A DNA stretch of 32,000 nt from Longivirga aurantiaca (GTDB lineage Bacteria; Actinomycetota; Actinomycetes; S36-B12; CAIYMF01). Each line of letters opens with the position of its first letter. Position 1 is the stretch's first letter. The notes below the pieces were generated by a model. It was not told the DNA's origin, searched no databases, and saw only the letters and a list, made by a program, of their open reading frames with translations. The stretch lies in the NCBI RefSeq assembly GCF_042660085.1, contig NZ_JBHSTI010000002.1, positions 600,001 to 632,000 on the forward strand, written 5' to 3'. This document shows positions 1 through 9,664 of this stretch, piece by piece. Both the position numbers and the translations under genes were made by a program.

Positions 1-37
1 GCGTGGGCTGGGTGAAGGACCCGTCGTGGGAGATCTG

Positions 38-451
38 TCACCCCGTCGGGGCGGGCCCGATCTCCTCGAGCCGCGCGAGGCAGCGACGGGTGACGTCGTC
101 CACCTCGGCGAGCGTGCGGTCGAGCTCCTCGCGCCGTGCCGCCAGGTCCGCGCGGACCCGCTCGAGCGAGTCGAGCAGGCGCCGGATCTGGCCGGACTCG
201 CCCGGCTCGGCGTCGTACATGTCGACGATCTCGCGGATCTCGGCGAGCGACATGCCGAAGCGCTTGCCGCGCAGCGCGAGCACGAGGCGGGCGCGGTCGC
301 GCGCGCCGTAGGCCCGGGCGCTGCCCGAGCCGGTGCGGGCCGGGGTGACGATCCCGGCCTCCTCGTAGAAGCGCAGGGTGCGGGTGGTGACGCCCAGATC
401 GGCCGCGAGCTCGCCCACGGTGTACGTGGTGGCGGTGCGCGTCGTGCTCAC
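38..451 (-). CDS. MerR-family transcriptional regulator (LiuR-like), divergent from a carboxyltransferase gene
   Basis: ORF 38..499(-). The N-terminal HTH TYTVGELAADLGVTTRTLRFYEEAGIV is a canonical MerR motif, followed by a helical C-terminus. Start placed at GTG 451 because GGGAGGG lies 3 nt upstream on the minus strand (plus-strand ccctccc at 455-461). Alternative start is GTG 499. Confidence 0.8.
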   Translation of the reverse strand: MSTTRTATTYTVGELAADLGVTTRTLRFYEEAGIVTPARTGSGSARAYGARDRARLVLALRGKRFGMSLAEIREIVDMYDAEPGESGQIRRLLDSLERVRADLAARREELDRTLAEVDDVTRRCLARLEEIGPAPTG

Positions 452-500
452 GGGCCCTCCCGGGGTCTGGCGTCGGGGACAGTGAACCGCTACCTTCACC

Positions 501-516
501 TTTACGTCAACGTCAA
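501..516. promoter_or_regulatory. Candidate MerR/LiuR-type operator dyad TTTACGT-CA-ACGTCAA
   Basis: The half-sites TTTACGT and ACGTCAA are inverted repeats with one mismatch. The site lies in the 83-bp divergent gap between the MerR gene and the carboxyltransferase gene. On the minus strand it reads TTGACGTTGACG, giving two -35-like hexamers. Confidence 0.4.
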
Positions 517-534
517 CCCACCCGGAGGGCCACG

Positions 535-2055
535 ATGAGCAAGGATGCGATCCGCGCGGCCCGCGCCGCCACCCACGAGGTCGCGCCGGCGGCCGCCGCC
601 AAGCTGGCGGCCCAGGGCAAGCTGCACGCCCGCGAGCGCATCGCCCTGCTCGTGGACGCCGGGTCGTTCGTCGAGGACGGCCAGCTCGCGCACGCGGGCA
701 CGCCCGGCTACCCGGCCGACGGCGTGGTGACCGGCCGCGGCACGGTGGACGGACGGCCGGTGCTCGTGGTGGCCAACGACCCCTCGGTGAAGGCGGGGTC
801 CTGGGGCGCGCGCACGGTCGAGAAGATCATCCGCACGACCGAGGCCGCCCTGGTCGAGGAGATCCCGCTCTTCTGGTTCATCGACTCCGCCGGTGCGCGG
901 ATCACCGACCAGGTCGACCTCTTCCCCGGGCGCCGCGGTGCCGGGCGCATCTTCCGCAACCAGGTGGCGCTCTCGGGGAAGGTGCCGCAGATCTGCTGCC
1001 TTTTCGGGCCGTCGGCCGCGGGCGGCGCGTACATCCCCGCCTTCTGCGACGTCGTGATCATGGTCGAGGGCAACGCCTCGATGTACCTCGGCAGCCCGCG
1101 CATGGCCGAGATGGTGGTGGGCGAGACGGTGACGCTCGAGGAGATGGGCGGCGCGCGGATGCACGCCACCGTCTCGGGCTGCGGCGACAACCTCGCCGAG
1201 GACGACGCCGACGCGATCGAGCAGGCGAGGCTCGTGCTGTCGTACCTGCCGCAGTGCTGGCGCGAGGACCCTCCGGCGTACGCGCCCGAGCCGGCCGGGC
1301 GGGTGCTCGACGCCGACTGCGTGCCGATGCCCGAGAGCGTCCCGTTCGACATCCGCGAGATCGTCGAGGGCATCGTGGACGACGGCTCGTTCTTCGAGAT
1401 CAAGCCGCTGTTCGCTGGCGAGCTCGTCGTGGGGTTCGGGCGCATCGAGGGCCGCAGCGTCGGCGTCGTCGCCAACAACTCCGCCGTGCGCGGGGGTGTG
1501 CTGTTCGGCGACAGCGCCGACAAGGCCGCCCGCTTCATCTGGTGGTGCGACGCGTTCAACGTGCCGCTCGTCTACCTCGCCGACGTGCCCGGCTTCATGA
1601 TCGGCTCGCAGGTCGAGCGCGAGGGGATCATCCGGCATGGCGCGAAGATGATCACCGCCGTCAGCGAGGCCACCGTGCCGCAGGTGTCTGTCGTGGTGCG
1701 CAAGGCGTACGGCGCCGGCCTGTACGCGATGGCCGGCCCGGGCTTCGGCCCCGATGCGTGCATCGCGCTCCCGACCGCGAGCATCGCGGTGATGGGTCCC
1801 GAGGCGGCCGTCAACGCGGTCTACGCGAACAAGATCGCCGCGATCGAGGACGCCGGCGAGCGCGAGGCGTTCGTGGCCGCGCGGCGGTCCGAGTACCTCG
1901 CCGACATCGACCTGCTGCGCCTGGCCGACGACCTGGTGATCGATGCGGTGGTCGAGCCGGGCGAGCTGCGCCGCGAGATCGACGTACGTCTCCGGTCGGC
2001 CGCGCGGCGCGAGCGGCACTTCAGCCACCGCCGTCACGGCGTTCCGCCCGTCTGA
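535..2055 (+). CDS. Acyl-CoA carboxylase carboxyltransferase (beta) subunit, MccB/AccD1-like
   Basis: 506-aa ORF with ATG at 535 and GGAGGG at 524-529. Carboxyl-transferase motifs are present: GKLHARERIALLVDAGSFVE, VANDPSVKAGSWG, DSAGARI, FGPSAAGGAYIPAFCD, and in the second half VANNSAVRGGVLF and RKAYGAGLYAM. Confidence 0.9.
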   Translation: MSKDAIRAARAATHEVAPAAAAKLAAQGKLHARERIALLVDAGSFVEDGQLAHAGTPGYPADGVVTGRGTVDGRPVLVVANDPSVKAGSWGARTVEKIIRTTEAALVEEIPLFWFIDSAGARITDQVDLFPGRRGAGRIFRNQVALSGKVPQICCLFGPSAAGGAYIPAFCDVVIMVEGNASMYLGSPRMAEMVVGETVTLEEMGGARMHATVSGCGDNLAEDDADAIEQARLVLSYLPQCWREDPPAYAPEPAGRVLDADCVPMPESVPFDIREIVEGIVDDGSFFEIKPLFAGELVVGFGRIEGRSVGVVANNSAVRGGVLFGDSADKAARFIWWCDAFNVPLVYLADVPGFMIGSQVEREGIIRHGAKMITAVSEATVPQVSVVVRKAYGAGLYAMAGPGFGPDACIALPTASIAVMGPEAAVNAVYANKIAAIEDAGEREAFVAARRSEYLADIDLLRLADDLVIDAVVEPGELRREIDVRLRSAARRERHFSHRRHGVPPV

Positions 2056-2189
2056 CGGCAGCGCGTCACCTAGTGTTGTCGCACAAGCACGCAGTGTCGC
2101 GCGTGACCGGCGAGAAGCGCTGCGACACATCGGGAAACGTCCCTTCGGTTGACCAGGTGGCGACGATGAGGACCGCTAGGGTCGCGAGC

Positions 2190-2222
2190 GAGGCCCCTCA
2201 ATCTCCCCGTGCGAGGGGCCTC
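2190..2222 (+). terminator. GC-rich hairpin (10-bp perfect stem, 13-nt loop), possible intrinsic terminator or leader structure
   Basis: GAGGCCCCTC (2190-2199) and GAGGGGCCTC (2213-2222) are exact reverse complements. No U-tract follows. The hairpin lies 135 nt after the carboxyltransferase stop and 14 nt before the Nudix RBS (GGGAG at 2236-2240). Confidence 0.35.
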
Positions 2223-2245
2223 ACTCATGCCCTGCGGGAGACCCC

Positions 2246-2791
2246 GTGACGCGCGTCGTGCGCATCGTCCACGGCGTGCCGATGCCCGAGGACGCCGTCC
2301 GGGTGCGGCGGGAGGCGACCCGCGCGGTGGTGCGCCGCGGCGACGACGTCCTCCTGCTCGTGTCCCGCAGCGGCGACTACCGGTTCCCCGGCGGCGGGCT
2401 CGATGCGGGCGAGACCGTGGAGCAGGCGCTGGCCCGCGAGCTGCTCGAGGAGTGCGGCGCCCGGCTCGACCGCGTCGGCGAGCATGTCCTGACGGTGGTC
2501 GACGAGCGGCCGGCCCGCGAGCCGGGCGCGGTGTTCGCGCACGAGTCGCGCTTCTACGCCTGCGACGTCCACGACGGTCTCGGACAGGTCGCGCACGACC
2601 TCCGGGAGCGCACCCTCGCCCTCGTGCCCGTCTGGGTCGACGTCCGGCACGCCCTCGCGGTGAACCGCGGCCTGCGCGACGCCCGCCTCGAGGCAGGGCC
2701 GTCGTCGTCGCCGGACACCGCGGCGGAGCCGGACGACCTCGCATGGATCGAGCGGGAGACGGTGGCGCTCGAGGTCGTCGCGAGCCGCTAG
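2246..2791 (+). CDS. NUDIX hydrolase
   Basis: 181-aa ORF with GTG start and GGGAG 5 nt upstream. It carries a Nudix box, GGGLDAGETVEQALARELLEECG (G-x5-E-x7-REuxEExGu). Confidence 0.85.
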   Translation: MTRVVRIVHGVPMPEDAVRVRREATRAVVRRGDDVLLLVSRSGDYRFPGGGLDAGETVEQALARELLEECGARLDRVGEHVLTVVDERPAREPGAVFAHESRFYACDVHDGLGQVAHDLRERTLALVPVWVDVRHALAVNRGLRDARLEAGPSSSPDTAAEPDDLAWIERETVALEVVASR

Positions 2792-3024
2792 TCGGTCGGG
2801 CAGTAGAGCCGCATCTTCGCGTCGGTCGTGCGCTCGAGCGCGTGGCTCGACAAGGGCTTCCCGCAGCTCGCGCACGGGGTGGCCGGCAGCTCCGAGTCCA
2901 CGACGGTCGCGTGGTCGATGTCGCCGAGCTGCGCGGGGCCGACGACCTTGGCCGCGAGTCGCGTGAGCCGGTCGGAGAACGCCCACGCCGACGCGCGGCG
3001 CCTCTCGCCCCTGGTGGGGCTCAT
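2788..3024 (-). CDS. Small hypothetical protein (78 aa), Cys-containing, translationally coupled to maf
   Basis: The ATG at 3024 overlaps the maf stop (ATGA at 3021-3024). Third codon positions are almost all G/C and the amino-acid composition is ordinary. The C-terminus reads TPCASCGKPLSSHALERTTDAKMRLYCP. I recognise no family. Confidence 0.55.
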   Translation of the reverse strand: MSPTRGERRRASAWAFSDRLTRLAAKVVGPAQLGDIDHATVVDSELPATPCASCGKPLSSHALERTTDAKMRLYCPTD

Positions 3025-3680
3025 GTCCGGTTCCAGAGGTCGGTCCAGCGGATGTCGAGGCTCTCGACCGCGCTGCGCACGAACGGCAGCGACAGGCCCA
3101 CCACGTTCGTGTGGTCGCCCTCGAGCTCCTCGACGAAGGGGCCGCCGATGCCGTCGATCGTGAAGGCTCCCGCCACGCGCAGCGGCTCGCCGGTGCCGAC
3201 GTACGCCTCGATCGTGGCGTCGTCGAGGTCCGCGAAGCGGACGGTGGTCGACACGACGTGGGACGTCGCGACCGGGCCGGTCGCTGGGCGCTCCCCGAGC
3301 CGGTCGAGGCGTACGACGTAGTGCCCGGTGCGCAGCACGCCCGTGCGTCCGCGCATCGCGCGCCACCGGGCTGCAGCCTCCGCGGCGTCGGCGGGCTTGC
3401 CGAGCGCGACGCCGTCGAGGTCGAGCACCGAGTCGCACGCGACGAGCACCGCGGCGGGCAGCTCGGCGCGGACGTCGGCGAGCACTGCCTTGCCCTTGGC
3501 GATCGCGAGGGCCTCGCACACATCTGCGGGCGAGCTGCGGCCCTCGGCTGCCAGCGCCGCCTCGATCGCGGGCTCGTCGACGCCGCTCACGCGGACGGTC
3601 GGCTCGATGCCGGCACCGCGCAGCAGCGCGAGCCGGGCCGGGGATGCCGAGGCGAGGACGAGCGGACGGTGCGGGGTCAC
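3021..3680 (-). CDS. maf: Maf-like nucleoside triphosphate pyrophosphatase
   Basis: The motif LVLASASPARLALLRGAGI near the N-terminus and the C-terminal part AGAFTIDGIGGPFVEELEGDHTNVVGLS are typical of Maf. Start set at GTG 3680, because the track start at 3866 would overlap accE. Same strand and order as maf-accE-accD5 in mycobacteria. Confidence 0.85.
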   Translation of the reverse strand: MTPHRPLVLASASPARLALLRGAGIEPTVRVSGVDEPAIEAALAAEGRSSPADVCEALAIAKGKAVLADVRAELPAAVLVACDSVLDLDGVALGKPADAAEAAARWRAMRGRTGVLRTGHYVVRLDRLGERPATGPVATSHVVSTTVRFADLDDATIEAYVGTGEPLRVAGAFTIDGIGGPFVEELEGDHTNVVGLSLPFVRSAVESLDIRWTDLWNRT

Positions 3681-3690
3681 AGGTCCAGTG

Positions 3691-3911
3691 TCACCGAGGG
3701 GCTGCCGAGGCGCGCCAGCCGCCCGCCGGGAGCGGGCCGCGGACGGTGCGCTGGTGCGCCGCCCAGCCCGCGGACGCGGGTGCGCTGCGCGGGTGCTCGG
3801 CGCCCGCCGAGCCGGCGGCGGCCACGACGGCGACCAGAGCCGCCACCTCGTCGGCGGTCGGGCCACCGCGCACGATGCGCAGCACCGGCCGCTCGGTGCT
3901 CTCCTCGGCGC

Positions 3912-3915
<4 letters not shown>
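3691..3915 (-). CDS. accE: Acyl-CoA carboxylase epsilon subunit
   Basis: 74-aa ORF whose GTG start overlaps the beta-subunit stop (GTGA at 3912-3915). The motif [23 protein letters not shown] is characteristic of actinobacterial AccE/PccE. Confidence 0.75.
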
Positions 3916-5510
<1,595 letters not shown>

Positions 5511-5550
5511 CGCACGTCACCCATTCACTAGAAGAGCTGCCCGTCCCTCG

Positions 5551-5556
5551 TACCTT
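5551..5556 (+). promoter_or_regulatory. Candidate -10 hexamer TACCTT for a leaderless birA transcript
   Basis: TACCTT fits the TANNNT pattern and sits exactly 6 nt upstream of GTG 5563. No Shine-Dalgarno sequence lies in between. This is the geometry typical of actinobacterial leaderless mRNAs. Confidence 0.3.
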
Positions 5557-5562
5557 AGCCAC

Positions 5563-6426
5563 GTGGCCCCCCCTGACTCCCGCCCCTTCGACGAGGTGCG
5601 ACGCACCTCGCACGACCCCCGCTCCTTCGACGACGACGCGCTGCAGGACGCGCTCGACCGGGCGGGCGACTCGGCCTGGGGCACGGTGGCCGTGATCCCC
5701 TCCACCGGCTCGACCAACGCCGACGCCGTGGGGCAGGTGCAGGAGGGCGCGCCGGAGGGCTTCACCGTGGTCGCGGACGAGCAGACCGACGGCCGCGGTC
5801 GCCTCGGTCGCAGCTGGGCCTCGCCCTACGGCGCGGGCGTGGCGATGTCGGTCGTGCTCAGGCCGGTGGTGCCCGAGGCGGCCTGGGGCTGGATCCCCCT
5901 GCTCACCGGGGTCGCGGTGGTCGAGGCGCTGGCCGCCCAGGGGGTCGCCGCCCGGCTCAAGTGGCCCAACGACGTCGTCGTCGACGGCGACGCGCGCGAC
6001 GGCACCCCCGGCCCGCGCAAGCTCGGCGGCCTGCTCGCCGAGCGGTCCGGGCCGGCCGTGGTGACCGGGATCGGGCTCAACGTCGACCTCACGGCCGAGG
6101 AGGCGCCCGTGCCTCGGGCCACCTCGACCCGGCTCGAGGGGGCCGACGTGGGCCGCGAGCAGCTCGTGGTCGACGTGCTCGTGGCCCTGCGCCGGCACTA
6201 CGTGCGGTGGCAGCTCACCGGGGGGGACCCGGACCGCTCGGGGCTCCTCGACGCCTATCGGGAGGCCTGCCTCACCCTGGGCCGGCCCGTGCGGGTCCTC
6301 CTGCCCGGCGGGGGTGAGCTCGAGGGGACGGCGACCGACGTCGACGGCTCGGGGCGCCTGCTCGTCCGGGCCGCCGACGGCACCGCGCACACGCTCTCTG
6401 CGGGGGACGTCGAACATCTGCGCTGA
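5563..6426 (+). CDS. birA: Biotin--[acetyl-CoA-carboxylase] ligase (no N-terminal HTH, class I type)
   Basis: Motifs STGSTNADAV, TDGRGRLGRSWASP, LKWPNDVV and a C-terminal SAGDVEHLR are present. It is divergent from accD5, as in mycobacteria. Start at GTG 5563 or 5596. The track ORF start at 5236 overlaps accD5 and is rejected. Confidence 0.85.
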   Translation: MAPPDSRPFDEVRRTSHDPRSFDDDALQDALDRAGDSAWGTVAVIPSTGSTNADAVGQVQEGAPEGFTVVADEQTDGRGRLGRSWASPYGAGVAMSVVLRPVVPEAAWGWIPLLTGVAVVEALAAQGVAARLKWPNDVVVDGDARDGTPGPRKLGGLLAERSGPAVVTGIGLNVDLTAEEAPVPRATSTRLEGADVGREQLVVDVLVALRRHYVRWQLTGGDPDRSGLLDAYREACLTLGRPVRVLLPGGGELEGTATDVDGSGRLLVRAADGTAHTLSAGDVEHLR

Positions 6427-6446
6427 GGATCTGACACGATCGAGCC

Positions 6447-6959
6447 ATGGGTTACCCGACCAAGCTCCTGGCCGACGACGAGTCCATCGTCTACGAGCTC
6501 AAGCCGCACTGGCGCGCCCTCGTGATGCCGGTGATCGTGCTGCTCGTGACGCTGGCCGTCGGCATCTTCGCCATCGCGTCGTGGGACAACCCAGGCCTCC
6601 GCTGGACCGTCCTCGTGGTCATGCTGCTCGTGCTCGTGATCTGGGTCCTGCGCCCGTTCCTCTACTGGTTCACGACGCAGTACGTCATCACCGACCACCG
6701 CATCATCGTGCGCACCGGACTCATCTCGCGCTCGGGCCGCGACATGCCGCTCTCGCGCGTCAACGACGTCTCGTTCAAGAAGGGTGCGATCGAGCGGTTC
6801 CTCAACTGCGGCACGCTCATGATCGAGTCGGCCGGCACCCAGGGCCAGCTCATCATCAGCAGCGTCCCGGACGTCGAGGACATCCAGCGCGAGATCTACC
6901 GCCTGCACGACGAGGACGACGAGCGCCGCCGCAACAGGCCCTCCTCGCGCGACGTCTGA
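6447..6959 (+). CDS. Membrane protein with bacterial PH domain (bPH_2/YdbS-like)
   Basis: 170 aa with two hydrophobic helices (VMPVIVLLVTLAVGIFAIA and VLVVMLLVLVIWVL). These are followed by YVITDHRIIVRTGLISRSGRDMPLSRVNDV, which is typical of PF03703. It occupies the position equivalent to the membrane protein downstream of birA in mycobacteria. Confidence 0.8.
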   Translation: MGYPTKLLADDESIVYELKPHWRALVMPVIVLLVTLAVGIFAIASWDNPGLRWTVLVVMLLVLVIWVLRPFLYWFTTQYVITDHRIIVRTGLISRSGRDMPLSRVNDVSFKKGAIERFLNCGTLMIESAGTQGQLIISSVPDVEDIQREIYRLHDEDDERRRNRPSSRDV

Positions 6960-6969
6960 CCGCGTCCCG

Positions 6970-7983
6970 GTGAGCGAGCAGGCCCCCCGCCCCGAGGACG
7001 TCGTCGACGCACTCGTGGAGAAGGTGCTGGGCACCCCTCGGTCGCTGCGGCACGACGAGGTGGCCGAGCTCTCCGGCGTCCCTCTGGTGGAGGCCCGGCG
7101 GCTGTGGCGCGCGATGGGGTTCGCCGACGTCGGCGACACCGTGGCCTTCACCGAGGGCGACCTCGGGGCGCTGCGCGAGCTCGAGAGCCTCGTCGCCCGC
7201 GACCTGCTCGACCGGGACGACGCGGTCGAGGTCACCCGCGCCCTCGGCCTCACGACGAGCCGGCTCGCCGACTGGCAGGCCGACACCTTCGGCCGGCTCC
7301 TCGCCGAGAACGGCGTCCTCGACCTCGACGACCCCCTCGGCCCCACGTCCGCAGCAGCGCTCGGGCGCGAGCTCGACCTGCTGCTGCCGGTGCTCGAGCG
7401 CCTCCTCGTGCACGTCTGGCGACGTCAGCTCGCCGCCGCCCTCGAGCGCGGTCTCGCCGACGCCGAGGCCTCCGGGGAGGTCGAGACGGGGCATCTCACC
7501 GTCGGCTTCGCCGACCAGGTGGGCTTCACCCGGCTCTCGCGCCGGCTCGAGGAGGACGAGCTGGCCCGGCTGGTCGAGCGGTTCGAGTCGCGCTCGGCCG
7601 ACATCGTGGTGGGCAGCGGGGGCCGCGTGATCAAGACCCTGGGCGACGAGATCCTCTTCGTCGCCGCCGATCCGGCCGCCGCCGCCGAGGCGAGCCTGCG
7701 GCTCATCGCCGAGCACGAGGCCGACGAGGAGATGCCGCGCCTGCGGATCGGCCTGGCGACCGGCGTGGTCGTGACCCGGCGCGGCGACGTGTTCGGCACG
7801 ACCGTGAACCTCGCCAACCGGCTCACCGCTGTGGCCCGCCCGGACACCGTCCTGGTCGACGCGGCGACGGCCGAGGTGCTGCACGACGAGCCGGCGTTCA
7901 CGCTGCGCCCGGTGCCGCCGCGGGCCGTCCGGGGGATCGGTCTGGTCCGCCCCGTGCTGCTGGGCCGGGCGCCCGGCGCCTGA
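6970..7983 (+). CDS. Class III adenylate/guanylate cyclase with an N-terminal helical (HTH-like) domain
   Basis: The C-terminal catalytic domain carries the metal Asp motifs FADQVGFT and KTLGDEILF, and the transition-state Asn/Arg in GTTVNLANRL. GTG start at 6970. Confidence 0.85.
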   Translation: MSEQAPRPEDVVDALVEKVLGTPRSLRHDEVAELSGVPLVEARRLWRAMGFADVGDTVAFTEGDLGALRELESLVARDLLDRDDAVEVTRALGLTTSRLADWQADTFGRLLAENGVLDLDDPLGPTSAAALGRELDLLLPVLERLLVHVWRRQLAAALERGLADAEASGEVETGHLTVGFADQVGFTRLSRRLEEDELARLVERFESRSADIVVGSGGRVIKTLGDEILFVAADPAAAAEASLRLIAEHEADEEMPRLRIGLATGVVVTRRGDVFGTTVNLANRLTAVARPDTVLVDAATAEVLHDEPAFTLRPVPPRAVRGIGLVRPVLLGRAPGA

Positions 7984-8038
7984 ACCGCGAGGCGACCTCC
8001 AGCCCCCGGCCGCCGTGGTCGATACTTGGAGGGTGAAC

Positions 8039-9664
8039 GTGGGGGCGGAGCAGGGCGCCATCGTCCCGTCGGGCCGCGTGCCCGACGAGGACTCCGCCCG
8101 CATGCGCTCGCTCATGGAGCTCGTGACGCTCGTGACGGCGTCCCGTGACTACGCCGACCTGCTCGACGTCATGGCCGAGGAGTCGCGGCAGGCGCTCGGC
8201 GCCTCGTCGGTGTCGCTGTCGGTCTGGGAGCGCGACCGCGGCCTGGTGCGCACGCTCGTCAACGTCGGCACGCTCGCGGCCAACCAGGACCGGCACCCCA
8301 CCGACGAGGTGTACGGCCTCGCCGACCACCCGCTCGTGGTGCGGATGTTCACCGAGGGCGCCGCGTTCGTCCAGACCCGCGGAGACGTGCACGGAGACCT
8401 CGCGGTCGACCAGCTGCTCGAGCGCGACGGCCTGCACAGCGTGCTGTCGGTGCCGGTGCACCTCGACGGCAGGGTCTGGGGCGAGCTCTGGGCCGGCCGC
8501 ACCGCCGAGCACCCGCCGTACTCCGAGGACGACATCGCCTTCGGACGCCTCGTCGCCACCCAGGTGGGCGCCGGCATCGCGCAGGCCGAGCACGTGGCGC
8601 GGGTCGAGCGGCTCGTCTACACCGACGACCTCACCGGCCTGGCCAACCGACGGGCCTTCGAGGACCAACTCGACATCGCGTTCGCCCAGCACCGCGAGAG
8701 CGGCGTGCCGGTGGGCGTGATCGTCGCGGACGTCAACGGGCTCAAGGCGGTCAACGACGCCCGCGGTCACGACGCCGGAGACCTCGTCCTCACCACGTTC
8801 GCCAGCGAGCTCGCCGCGGCCGCCGCCGTGCATGCAGGCGTCCTGACCGCGCGCCTCGGCGGCGACGAGTTCTGCGCCCTCACCGTCGGGATGCCGTCCG
8901 ACCGCGTGGTCGCGCTCGCCGAGGACATCTGCCGCCGCGCCCACGAGGAGCTCGAGCACGGCGTGGCGTGCGGCATCGCGACCACCGAGGACCTCGGGTC
9001 GGCGGCCAGCACCCCCGCCCGCCTGCTGCGCGCGGCCGATGCTGCGCAGTACCGCGCGAAGCGGTCCGAGTCGCTGGTGCCGGTGGTCGCCGGGCGTCGT
9101 GCGTCCCCTGATGCGGCCTCGGGGGGGTCGGTCGAGGGCGACCGTCGCGCCTTCCGCGGTCGTGGCTCCCGCGAGCCCGGTGTGTTCCTCGACGTCGCGC
9201 TCGCCCGCCTCGACGAGGTGCCCGACCTCGAGGCGCTCGGCCGCCTGGTGGTGGTGGCGAAGGTGCTCGCGGAGACCGTCGACGCGGCGGGCTGGTTCGT
9301 CTCGCGCGTCATGCAGACGCTGGGCACGATCGAGACGGTGGAGTCCGGCGTCGCACGCACCGGGGAGATGAGCGACTCGGCGCGCTTCTTCGCCGTCGAC
9401 GAGTTCCCGGTCGAGGAGTTCCCGGCGTCGTACGCCGCAGCCTCGGGCCAGGTGGTCGTGGTCGACGTCGACGACGCGCGCAGCGACCCCGCCGAGACCG
9501 CGCTGCTCATGGCCGGCGGCCTGAGCGAGATGCTCATGTGCGGGGGTTCCAGCGCCGGCGAGGCCGCGTGGCTCGTCGAGGTGGTCGGCGACGAGCTCTC
9601 CGCGCCCATGCGCCCCTACGCCAACGTCCTGCGCGCGGCCGTCGCCGTCGCGCTGCACCGATGA
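8039..9664 (+). CDS. GAF-GGDEF-GAF diguanylate cyclase
   Basis: A GAF-like N-terminus is followed by DDLTGLANRRAF and an intact RLGGDEF active site. No RxxD I-site lies 5 residues upstream. A second GAF-like C-terminal domain follows. Start at GTG 8039 is preferred (GGAGGG at 8028-8033, 5-nt spacer); the track start is GTG 8015. Confidence 0.85.
   Translation: MGAEQGAIVPSGRVPDEDSARMRSLMELVTLVTASRDYADLLDVMAEESRQALGASSVSLSVWERDRGLVRTLVNVGTLAANQDRHPTDEVYGLADHPLVVRMFTEGAAFVQTRGDVHGDLAVDQLLERDGLHSVLSVPVHLDGRVWGELWAGRTAEHPPYSEDDIAFGRLVATQVGAGIAQAEHVARVERLVYTDDLTGLANRRAFEDQLDIAFAQHRESGVPVGVIVADVNGLKAVNDARGHDAGDLVLTTFASELAAAAAVHAGVLTARLGGDEFCALTVGMPSDRVVALAEDICRRAHEELEHGVACGIATTEDLGSAASTPARLLRAADAAQYRAKRSESLVPVVAGRRASPDAASGGSVEGDRRAFRGRGSREPGVFLDVALARLDEVPDLEALGRLVVVAKVLAETVDAAGWFVSRVMQTLGTIETVESGVARTGEMSDSARFFAVDEFPVEEFPASYAAASGQVVVVDVDDARSDPAETALLMAGGLSEMLMCGGSSAGEAAWLVEVVGDELSAPMRPYANVLRAAVAVALHR

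Noticed and set aside
502-2130. Long antisense or alternative-frame ORFs from the six-frame track. Examples: 502..2130(-), 3111..5531(+), 7898..9658(-), 11021..12892(-), 13204..14838(-), 15319..16911(+), 16898..18076(-), 19080..20840(-), 25618..29313(-), 27150..30431(+).
   Set aside because: They overlap genes with strong family motifs on the other strand or frame. Their translations are dominated by Arg, Gly, Pro, His, Asp and Ala, as expected when stop codons are rare in high-GC DNA. None shows a recognisable motif. They are treated as compositional artefacts.
2070-2744. 224-aa Arg/Pro/Gly-rich ORF antisense to the Nudix gene, and similar Arg-rich ORFs such as 2209..3321(+) and 21130..21438(-).
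   Set aside because: The composition is extremely arginine- and proline-rich and low in complexity. They are antisense to a gene with a clean Nudix box and have no start-site signals.
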